From a plasmid, in the sequence record NZ_CP143948.1: 64,000 nt of DNA; one strand, written 5' to 3'. Of this stretch, positions 28,185 to 36,734 are shown in pieces. Below the pieces are notes generated by a model. It worked only from the letters and a program-made list of their open reading frames with translations, was not told where the DNA came from and searched no databases. How positions within the stretch are numbered: position 1 is the stretch's first letter; every line of letters begins with the position of its first letter. Position numbers and translations under genes: made by a program.

Positions 28185-29546
28185 TTATTTTGCAAACTCA
28201 TATAGATTCTCGACTGATTGGAATGAACTGCTCTTCATATCCTTTATAATATCAGCCTGTGCCTTGTCTAAAGCCGTATCAATATCTACTCCATTGTAGA
28301 ATATATCCTCTCCGGCCTTTTTCATATCCTCCTCAACACATGAAGGCATCGGACCCGGCCAGATGTAGTGGTCAATGTGCTCTGCAAGTACCTTAAGCGA
28401 TGGGTTTTTAAGTATTTCCTCATTGTCTGCAAGGGATTTCTTTGCAGGGAAGGTACTCATAGCAAGATTGAAATCTACCTGAGACTCATCATCGCAGAGG
28501 AAAAACTTTACAAAATCCTGTGCAACTGCCTGCTGATCCTTTGGTGCTTTTTTGTTTACACCGAATGTTGACTCACCGTTATATCTATTGTATGCATATG
28601 GATTTCCGTCAAATGTAGGAATTTCAAATACGCCAAAATCTATATCGCTCCATGTGGTCTTAAGTGTATTGTAATAATGTCCCCACTGAATAACCATTGC
28701 CGACTGTCCCTGTCCAAAGCTGTCTGCGCAGTTCTCGCCAAAATCCTTTGAACCAATCTGATCCTTGTCGTACATATCAACAAGCATCTGCATTACCTTC
28801 TTCATGGCATCTGAATTGACATTAGGTGTCTTTCCATCCTCCTTAAAGAGGTTCTCACCAAGCTGATAATTAAGACCAAGCAGGTAATTCTGGTGGAAAT
28901 CATTATTGAAATTGAGTCCGGCCTGGACTATCTTGTCTCCGTCCTTGATGGTAAGCTTCTTTGCCACCTCAATCATTTCATCCCAGGTCTTTGGAATATC
29001 ATCATCTGTTAGTCCGGCTTCCTTCCACATCTCCTTGTTGTAATAAACAGAGCCTGTCATCATTCCGTAATCAATGTAATAAACCTTACCATCAATCACA
29101 TGAGCGCTCACTCCATTGAAGTCCTGCTCCAAATCCTCAACAGGAATATCAAGCGGAGCCATATAGTTGATAAGATTCTCATGATAGCTGTTATGTACAT
29201 CGAAGAGTGCCGGTCCGTCCTCACCATCGAGTGCCAGAGGAAGCTTTGTCCAGTAATCTTCCCATGGATTATCCACCAGGTTTATAGTTACATTAGGATG
29301 AATAGCTGTGTATCTGTCAATAACCTTCTGAAATAATTCATCGCTTCCCCACTCCCACAGGTCAATTGAGATATCCTTTCCATCATTAATCTCAACCGAA
29401 GGGTCATACTTCACCGTATCGCCAAATGGCTTTGTTGGTACCTTTATGTCCTTTTTAGCTGATGAAGCCGATGAGCTGCCACAGCCTGTAAGCGCTGTCA
29501 CTGCCATTGTAGCTGCCATAACTGTTGCAATAAGTTTCTTCTTCAT
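28185..29546 (-). CDS. Extracellular solute-binding lipoprotein of the sugar ABC transporter (CUT1 SBP).
   Basis: Signal peptide plus lipobox (LTGCGSSS). The likely start is MKKKL at 29546, preceded by an AGTGAGGA RBS. Confidence 0.8.
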   Translation of the reverse strand: MKKKLIATVMAATMAVTALTGCGSSSASSAKKDIKVPTKPFGDTVKYDPSVEINDGKDISIDLWEWGSDELFQKVIDRYTAIHPNVTINLVDNPWEDYWTKLPLALDGEDGPALFDVHNSYHENLINYMAPLDIPVEDLEQDFNGVSAHVIDGKVYYIDYGMMTGSVYYNKEMWKEAGLTDDDIPKTWDEMIEVAKKLTIKDGDKIVQAGLNFNNDFHQNYLLGLNYQLGENLFKEDGKTPNVNSDAMKKVMQMLVDMYDKDQIGSKDFGENCADSFGQGQSAMVIQWGHYYNTLKTTWSDIDFGVFEIPTFDGNPYAYNRYNGESTFGVNKKAPKDQQAVAQDFVKFFLCDDESQVDFNLAMSTFPAKKSLADNEEILKNPSLKVLAEHIDHYIWPGPMPSCVEEDMKKAGEDIFYNGVDIDTALDKAQADIIKDMKSSSFQSVENLYEFAK

Positions 29547-29914
29547 AGAAATCCTCACTTTCTTAATTCAATATCCTCTTTTTCGTTCAAATTAGTTTAG
29601 CGCTAAATCTAACTATAATCTACCACCACCTTATACATTCGTCAATAGTTTTTTGTTTTTTTATCACTTTTCATATTATTTTCATATGTTTTTTGTGCAT
29701 TTTTACATGTAAATTAGGGTTTTGTCTAAATATTTGCAAAAACCGATTGCTATTTGCAAAATAAAAATGTATACTTAAGATAATTTATAAACCCATATTT
29801 TGAATCATATTCGGTTTATGTATAAACTCATCATTGTTTATGTTCAAACATATTGTGGTTTATGTATAAACTTTATAGTAAAAAATTATAATACTGAATA
29901 GAATGGAGTTTAAT

Positions 29915-30940
29915 ATGACGCTTAAGGATATTGCCGAAATGGCAGGTGTGAGCACAATGACCGTCTCAAACGTAATCAACGGAAAGACAAGCCGTGTTTC
30001 ACAGAAAACAAGGGATAAAATCAATTCAATTATAGAGGAATATAATTATGTTCCGAATATGAACGCAAGAAGTCTTTCAAACAATTCCTCACACATTATC
30101 GGAGTTGTTACATTTCTGGAGGATAAGGATTATGCTTCAGGATACAATTATTTTGAGAACCCATATGTCAGTACAATGATTGGTACGATAGAGACAGAGC
30201 TTCACAAAAACGGATACTTCACCATGCTTCAATCAGTATCCAGAAGCTCCGACATATTATCTTTGGTTAAGAACTGGAATGTCGATGGGATGATTCTGGT
30301 TTTCCCCACCTCTGCCCAAAATCTTGAAAAGCTGATGGATGCAGCCAACTGCCCTATTGCTACCTTTGACAGCAATTACTCTCACCCTAATCTCATAAAT
30401 GTAATATCTGATGACGAAAAGGGCTTATATTTGTCAACCAAATATATGATAAATCACGGTCACACCGAGATTGCATTTGCAACTGATTATGAGGGAAATA
30501 TCGTCCTCACCAAACGTTTTAACGGATACAAAAAAGCTTTGGAGGACAGTCATATTCCTTTCCGTCCTGAATATATTTTCAGCTATCCACCTTCATATGA
30601 GGGCGGTATCGAAGCCGGCCGTGCCATTGCAGGCAGCAAGTCACCAATCACAGCAGTGGTAACAACTGCCGATATATGTGCTATCGGCATCATGGAGGGT
30701 GCGCGTCTCGGCGGTTACCGTGTCCCGATTGATTTATCTGTCATAGGCTATGATAATTTGAATCTATGCCAGTACACCGTACCGAAGCTTACATCGGTAT
30801 CACAAAATGTACCAAAAAAAGCCCGGCTTGCAACCGAGCTTCTCCTAAAGAAAATACATGACAATGAATCAGACAGTAATTTGGGTGAGATTATGGATGT
30901 TGAGATTGTTGACAGGCAATCCGTCATCTCGCTTTATTAA
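29915..30940 (+). CDS. LacI-family transcriptional regulator.
   Basis: N-terminal HTH (MTLKDIAEMAGVSTMTVSNVING) plus a periplasmic-binding-protein-like sugar-binding domain. The start is taken at 29915 because GGAG lies 6 nt upstream. Confidence 0.8.
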   Translation: MTLKDIAEMAGVSTMTVSNVINGKTSRVSQKTRDKINSIIEEYNYVPNMNARSLSNNSSHIIGVVTFLEDKDYASGYNYFENPYVSTMIGTIETELHKNGYFTMLQSVSRSSDILSLVKNWNVDGMILVFPTSAQNLEKLMDAANCPIATFDSNYSHPNLINVISDDEKGLYLSTKYMINHGHTEIAFATDYEGNIVLTKRFNGYKKALEDSHIPFRPEYIFSYPPSYEGGIEAGRAIAGSKSPITAVVTTADICAIGIMEGARLGGYRVPIDLSVIGYDNLNLCQYTVPKLTSVSQNVPKKARLATELLLKKIHDNESDSNLGEIMDVEIVDRQSVISLY

Positions 30941-30992
30941 GCCGATAACCGACCTACTCCCTGTGCACACGCTTGTTTTCATACATTTTCCA

Positions 30993-32342
30993 TTATCTTG
31001 TCAAATCCTTTACCCACTTGTATTTTTTAAAATGGATGAGTGTCCACGGTATCTTTCCAACCTCATCCACGCAGGTGCACGCATATACCACAACCACCGG
31101 CCAGTTCAAAAAATATGTGCCTGCAACTGCAAGCGGTATTGCTATGCCCCACATCGTCACAGCAAGAGAGTACATATCAAACATCGTATCTCCTCCCGAA
31201 CCAAAGACACCGTTTATGATGATTTCATTTACCGATCGTCCAATCATGTAGAAGGCAAGTACACCGAATAACTGCTTCAGATACTCTGCAGCCTGCGGTG
31301 TGAGCTTTACAAAATGTAAAATCACCGGTGCTGAAACCGCCATAAGCACTGTCATAACAGCTCCACACAAAAATGACAGCTTTGCCATTCTGATGCCATA
31401 TGCTTTTCCACGCTTTAAATTCCCTGCGCCAAGCTCATTTCCTATCATAATGCCTGCTGCACTTGATATACCTGCACTGAGACAGCAAATGATATCACGC
31501 ACAACCGCTGCGACGGAGTTGGCCGCTGCCGCATCTGTTCCCATGTGTCCCATAAATGTAGAGTACGATGTAAAGCCTATTCCCCATACAAGGCTTGCTC
31601 CGAGAATCGGTCCGGAGCACTTCATAAAATCTGCTGACAGCTCCTTGTTTCTCACCAAAAGCTCCCGGATTTTAAGCCTGATATATCCCGGTCTGTAAGA
31701 AAATGTGATTGAAAGCATAAGCTCCAGCACTCTTGATATGAGTGTGGCAAGTGCCGCTCCCCTCACATTCATGCTCTCGATGCCAAATGCACCATAGATA
31801 AATATGGCATTGAGCATTATGTTTATAAGCACTGTAATTGAGCTGACTGCCGCCGCAGTACCCGCGTGCTCTGATATCTTCATCATGACTATATAACACT
31901 GCGAAAAACCAGTCAATAAATATGAAAAAGAAGCTATTTTCAGATAGCTTACACCATAATCTATAAGCACCGGCTCGTTTGTGAAAATAAGCATCAGATA
32001 TCGTGGAAAAAATGCACATGCCACGAAAAACAGCACCGATACTATGCCACATATCCTGATTGCAAGAGCGAATATGTCATCGAGCGCCTTTATGTCCTGC
32101 TTGCCCCAATACTGCGCCCCGAGTATTGCAAGCCCTGCTGTAGCGGCTGAAAGAAACATGTTCTGGATGAACTGTATCTGTGTGGCAAGCGAAACCGCTG
32201 ACATATAGTTCTGGTCCAGTCCTCCAAGCATGAAAGCATCCGCCACAGCCACCAGCGCCAGCATCAGATTCTGCACCATTATCGGGACCATGAGTGTCCA
32301 CAGCTTTTTGTAGAAATGTGTATCAAATTCTATTGTTTTCAT
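30993..32342 (-). CDS. MATE-family efflux transporter.
   Basis: 449 aa, 12 TM, with MATE-like internal repeats. Confidence 0.75.
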   Translation of the reverse strand: MKTIEFDTHFYKKLWTLMVPIMVQNLMLALVAVADAFMLGGLDQNYMSAVSLATQIQFIQNMFLSAATAGLAILGAQYWGKQDIKALDDIFALAIRICGIVSVLFFVACAFFPRYLMLIFTNEPVLIDYGVSYLKIASFSYLLTGFSQCYIVMMKISEHAGTAAAVSSITVLINIMLNAIFIYGAFGIESMNVRGAALATLISRVLELMLSITFSYRPGYIRLKIRELLVRNKELSADFMKCSGPILGASLVWGIGFTSYSTFMGHMGTDAAAANSVAAVVRDIICCLSAGISSAAGIMIGNELGAGNLKRGKAYGIRMAKLSFLCGAVMTVLMAVSAPVILHFVKLTPQAAEYLKQLFGVLAFYMIGRSVNEIIINGVFGSGGDTMFDMYSLAVTMWGIAIPLAVAGTYFLNWPVVVVYACTCVDEVGKIPWTLIHFKKYKWVKDLTR

Positions 32343-32371
32343 AAGTAAATTTTACCTCTATATATAAATCT

Positions 32372-32866
32372 CTAAAGGTTTACAAGTATCCGTGTCCATG
32401 CTTCGCATAGCCTTTCAAATGACCATGCCGCATTTGCAGGGCTTGTGGACGGCAGTGTGACTGCCTCCATACCTGTCAGAGTAAGCTGATATTTCTTATA
32501 AAGCGCTCCTGCTTTATTTCCGTTTACATATACCTGTTTTATATCGGCTGTTTCAAGGATTTTCCTTATATCTGTCGGTTCGACGTTTTTGATGCTGTTG
32601 TCGCTCGAACCCTTGATATCACAGCTTTGTATCACATCCCATATGGCTATGTGGTTTTTAAACAGCATATATTTCTTCTCATCTATCGTCTCCGGCACCG
32701 GTTCATCCAATAGATACGCAAGCAGCTTCCAAAAACGGTTCTGCTTGTGTCCGTAATAGAAATTGTTTTCCCTTGATGCAACGGACGGCAGAGTGCCGAG
32801 GATCAGTATGCGGCTGTTTTCATCATAGACAGGCTCGAAGGAGTGGGTTATGTGTTCGTATTCCAT
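32372..32866 (-). CDS. Uracil-DNA glycosylase superfamily protein (DNA-deoxyinosine / hypoxanthine-DNA glycosylase-like).
   Basis: 164 aa. The motifs ILILGTLPS and GHKQNRFWK are typical of small UDG-superfamily enzymes. Confidence 0.55.
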   Translation of the reverse strand: MEYEHITHSFEPVYDENSRILILGTLPSVASRENNFYYGHKQNRFWKLLAYLLDEPVPETIDEKKYMLFKNHIAIWDVIQSCDIKGSSDNSIKNVEPTDIRKILETADIKQVYVNGNKAGALYKKYQLTLTGMEAVTLPSTSPANAAWSFERLCEAWTRILVNL

Positions 32867-33138
32867 ATTGTTACCTCTTATATCTGCAGCAGCTCTTCCG
32901 GCTTATCAATACATTTTAACTATACTACAATGCCGTTGTTTTTTACAACAATACGCATAGTTCCCAGAAAAATAACTTATGATTATTATACTTTATCCAT
33001 CTTGATTTCACAATCTTTTGTTCACGACAAAAAAGTAGTCGTTTCACTTCCACATTTTTTGACGTTATAACCCATTATAACCCATTGATGTTTCACTCAA
33101 AATGGGTTATAATAGATTGTAAGAAACGGGGTGATATT

Positions 33139-34938
33139 ATGGATATCTACAAACGAATTTATGAATTAGAAAACGAGATAGCAGCCTTACCACAAGGTTC
33201 TATCAACATGAAGAAAATTTACGGCAAAGAGCAGCCTTATCTGCAATGGACAGAGAATGGAAAAAGCAAAAGCAAGTACATTAAAAAGAACGAACGCGAA
33301 GAAATTTTTGCAGGTGTTGAAAGGCGCAAACAGCTTCAAGAAGAATTGAAAGAACTGAAACAACACAGTTCTATTGATCCATCTAAATCTACAGATTTTG
33401 AAACTTCTGTCATTATCGGAGAACGTCTTCTGGCACTGACAAAAGGTGTAAAAAACTGGGGAAAACGTGATTGTTTCAGACAGTTACAGGCATATTTAAA
33501 CAGTGAGGAAACAGATCGTGTATGCTTGGTATTTGGTCTGCGACGAACAGGAAAGACAACAATGCTGCGTCAGGCTGTTTTAGGAATGACTCCATCACAG
33601 TCCGCAAAATCAGCATACATCAAAGCAAAAGGGAGCGATACCATGGCAGCGATGAATCGTGATTTGGGCAAACTCCTTGATCTGGGATATGAATATGTTT
33701 TTATTGACGAAGTAACCCTAATGCCCGACTTTATTGATTCAGCAGCACTATTCTCTGATATCTACGCTGCACAAGGTATGAAAATTGTTTTATCCGGAAC
33801 AGATTCTCTTGGCTTTTGGTTTGCGCTTCATCAGGAACTTTATGATCGAGCTGTTACGATTCACACTACCTTTATTCCATTCCGTGAACATAGTCGTTTA
33901 CTCGGTATCGACAGTATTGACGAGTATATTCGCTATGGCGGCACACTTCGTGCAGGAGAACTGGATTTTGATGATAAAGACGTTATTTCAGAGGATGCTT
34001 CGTTCCGTGATGACGAATCCACACGGCGTTATATCGATACCGCAATCTGTAAAAATATCCAGCACTCCCTGAGTTGTTGTCAAGACGGAGGATATTTCCG
34101 TCATCTCCAATCACTCTATGAGGCAGGTGAACTAACAGGTGCTATCAATCGAATCATTGAGGATATGAATCATCGTTTCCTTATTCGTATTCTGACCGAC
34201 AAATTCAAATCTCATGATTTGGGTTCAGCTGCTGATGTTTTGCGAAGAGATCGTAATCCCAAACAGCGTACAGATATTTTGGATAAAATCGATACAGAAG
34301 CAGTAACCAAACGATTAATGGATATGTTGGAGATTCACAATAAAGAAGAACAATCTATTGGTATTACAAATGCTCACATAGAGGAAATCAAAGAATATTT
34401 GAAAGCACTTGACCTGATTGTTGACGTTCCACGAGAAACGGTAATTCCAAGTGCCGAACCACTAGAGAATATTTTATTCACGCAACCAGGCATGCGTTAT
34501 TGCCAGGCACAGGCATTGGTTCATTCTTTGACAAAAGATGAATTATTCTCTACATTGAGCGAGCACGAAAAAATGTTAGTTTCTGAACGTATTTTGGAAG
34601 AAGTGCGTGGTCGTATGATGGAAGACATCGTACTTTTAGAAACATTCAAATCGGCTAAAAGGCATCAACGTGTTTTCAAATTGCAATTTGCTGTCGGCGA
34701 ATACGATATGGTAATTTACGATGCTAAACTCAATACATGTGAATGCTACGAAATAAAACACAGCTCGAAAATTGTTCCAATGCAAGCCCGCTTCTTAGTT
34801 GACGAAGAGAAACTGAATCAAACAAGTCAGAGATTTGGCCAGATTACCAAGCGATGTGTGCTCTATCGTGGTGAAGATTCCGTCATGGAAAATGGCGTTG
34901 AGTATCAGAATGTAGAAAATTATTTGAAACATTTATAA
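33139..34938 (+). CDS. Large AAA+ ATPase (AAA_14-like core) with a ~110-aa N-terminal extension and a ~350-aa C-terminal region. Function unknown.
   Basis: Walker A is GLRRTGKTT and Walker B is YVFIDEV. The N-terminal segment has a conserved-looking motif (IYGKEQPYLQWTENGKSKSKYIKK). The start is taken at MDIYK (33139) from a GGGGTGA RBS. Confidence 0.6.
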   Translation: MDIYKRIYELENEIAALPQGSINMKKIYGKEQPYLQWTENGKSKSKYIKKNEREEIFAGVERRKQLQEELKELKQHSSIDPSKSTDFETSVIIGERLLALTKGVKNWGKRDCFRQLQAYLNSEETDRVCLVFGLRRTGKTTMLRQAVLGMTPSQSAKSAYIKAKGSDTMAAMNRDLGKLLDLGYEYVFIDEVTLMPDFIDSAALFSDIYAAQGMKIVLSGTDSLGFWFALHQELYDRAVTIHTTFIPFREHSRLLGIDSIDEYIRYGGTLRAGELDFDDKDVISEDASFRDDESTRRYIDTAICKNIQHSLSCCQDGGYFRHLQSLYEAGELTGAINRIIEDMNHRFLIRILTDKFKSHDLGSAADVLRRDRNPKQRTDILDKIDTEAVTKRLMDMLEIHNKEEQSIGITNAHIEEIKEYLKALDLIVDVPRETVIPSAEPLENILFTQPGMRYCQAQALVHSLTKDELFSTLSEHEKMLVSERILEEVRGRMMEDIVLLETFKSAKRHQRVFKLQFAVGEYDMVIYDAKLNTCECYEIKHSSKIVPMQARFLVDEEKLNQTSQRFGQITKRCVLYRGEDSVMENGVEYQNVENYLKHL

Positions 34939-34947
34939 TTTTCCCCT

Positions 34948-35000
34948 AAAGAAAGAGAGGTCCATGACATTTAACATCATGAACCTCTCTTTCTTTATTA
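34948..35000 (+). terminator. Rho-independent terminator after the AAA ATPase gene.
   Basis: 14-bp stem: AAAGAAAGAGAGGT pairs with ACCTCTCTTTCTTT, followed by a T-rich tract. Confidence 0.6.
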
Positions 35001-35167
35001 TCCTCTATGAGCCATCCACTTCTTTTGCTTCTTCCAGCAACGGCTGTAGCTCGTTTGCTTGAGTGCAATATAAACACCAGAAGTACAGGTTTTCAAAGCT
35101 AATTCATGAAATCGTTTACACATACTTAACAGCTGATAAATACTGGAATGTTAATAATTCTACGCAG

Positions 35168-35201
35168 CAAAAAAGGAACCGGAAAATCCGGTTCCTTTTT
35201 G
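35168..35201 (-). terminator. Rho-independent terminator after the sucrose phosphorylase gene; functional in both directions.
   Basis: Perfect 12-bp stem: AAAAGGAACCGG pairs with CCGGTTCCTTTT around an AAAAT loop, flanked by an A-run and a T-run. Confidence 0.75.
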
Positions 35202-35258
35202 ATATCGCATCTTTTATGATAAATATATTCTAACTGCTTCATATAAGTAATACACAAA

Positions 35259-36734
35259 TCAGCTCAGCTCTATCTCATATGCTCCGGCTTCAAAATCCAC
35301 CGTAAGAAGCGCATACGCTTCACCGTTATCATAGCGGATTGAGAGCTTTGGTCCTTCTCCTGCTACTGTGATGACAGCTCCCTTCTCAAACGCCTTATGG
35401 GTGTTTCTCATGCGAAGCAGCTCAAGCTGCTTTGCAACAACATCCTTTTTTAGCGCCTCCTCAATATCGGAAGCACTGAGGTTTGTCCTGTTGATTTCCT
35501 TATGTCCTGATTCTCCTGCTCGTCTTACTGCCTCATGGTCATTTTTGCCTGCAAAGAGATCCAGATACCATACCTGCGGCTTGCCCGGCATGAACATCTG
35601 AATAGCACGGGCCAGAAGCATTTTGCTGTCAGACTCACCAAGCGCACTGTAATATGTGGCATTGACCTGATAATATATATTCTTCTGTCCATGAAGATTT
35701 TTGACCATGCCGCCACGAGATACAATCAAATCTATAAGCGAGCGAATATCGTCCTCCGGAAGCAGACCCTTTAAATCCAGAAGAGGTATGCCGTCATGGC
35801 AGCCAAGCATATTGACAGTGGAGATTTTATCATCCACAACCTCACGCGCCCATTTTGCAAGGTAATCTGCTCTCCTGTTCTCAATCGCGTCAATTACCAG
35901 TCCCGGTAAAAAGAAATCATATGTGGCATAGCCCTTATCTGCAAGGGTTTTGTATATTTTCTCCTCATATGCCGCGTGTATTTCAGGCAGCAGAGTCAGC
36001 CCGAGCGGAGCTGCAAGCTCATGGATCTGCTGTAGAAATTCCCAGGTCTCAGGATCATTCAGGAAATTCTTTTTCCCCGGTGCCTTAGGCGCATAGGCAA
36101 ATGCATCGAGCCGCACAATAGCCGCACCGTAGGATGCTATTTTTTCAAGTGTTTCACGATAAAAATCCCATACCTTTTCGGACTTTATATTTAAATCCAT
36201 CTGCCCCAGATATTCTCTGCCATGCACCTCCTGGTAAAATGTGTTCCAGTATGGCACCCTTCGTCCATCCGGAAACTCAACCATGAGAATCGGAAGCCCC
36301 GGCTTTCTGAAAAACATCTGCTTTAAGCATGACTCATCAGGCTGTATGTAGCCCTCGTCCGTCATGACTCCATGACCTTCCCAGAATTTGTTCCAGTCTA
36401 TGAAAAAATCCCGGTACTCCGACTCATCGCCCTTTTCCACAAGATCCTTGAACTGTGGTGACTGTGCTGAAGCATGATTTAAAATAAAGTCAAGCTTTAA
36501 GTCAATCCCCAGCTCCTTCAATTGCGATAAATCCTCTATTGTCGCAAGCTCCTCATTCAGATTGTAGTCCACGACCGAAAATCCGCGATCCAAATCCGAA
36601 TGATACAGGCTTGGCAGAATATAAAATGATGAAAATGTGTCCTGCATTTCCTTCTTTTTGAGCAGCGCTGCGATATCGGAAAGCTTACCGCCCAGACTGT
36701 CAGGATATGCGTTAAGCATAGGTTTATTGTTCAT
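35259..36734 (-). CDS. gtfA: Sucrose phosphorylase (GH13_18; GtfA-like).
   Basis: The N-terminus MNNKPMLNAYPDSLGG is typical of sucrose phosphorylases and the GH13 catalytic motifs are present. The start is ambiguous between TTG at 36755, ATG at 36746 and ATG at 36734. It is the last gene of the msm-like operon. Confidence 0.8.
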   Translation of the reverse strand: MNNKPMLNAYPDSLGGKLSDIAALLKKKEMQDTFSSFYILPSLYHSDLDRGFSVVDYNLNEELATIEDLSQLKELGIDLKLDFILNHASAQSPQFKDLVEKGDESEYRDFFIDWNKFWEGHGVMTDEGYIQPDESCLKQMFFRKPGLPILMVEFPDGRRVPYWNTFYQEVHGREYLGQMDLNIKSEKVWDFYRETLEKIASYGAAIVRLDAFAYAPKAPGKKNFLNDPETWEFLQQIHELAAPLGLTLLPEIHAAYEEKIYKTLADKGYATYDFFLPGLVIDAIENRRADYLAKWAREVVDDKISTVNMLGCHDGIPLLDLKGLLPEDDIRSLIDLIVSRGGMVKNLHGQKNIYYQVNATYYSALGESDSKMLLARAIQMFMPGKPQVWYLDLFAGKNDHEAVRRAGESGHKEINRTNLSASDIEEALKKDVVAKQLELLRMRNTHKAFEKGAVITVAGEGPKLSIRYDNGEAYALLTVDFEAGAYEIELS

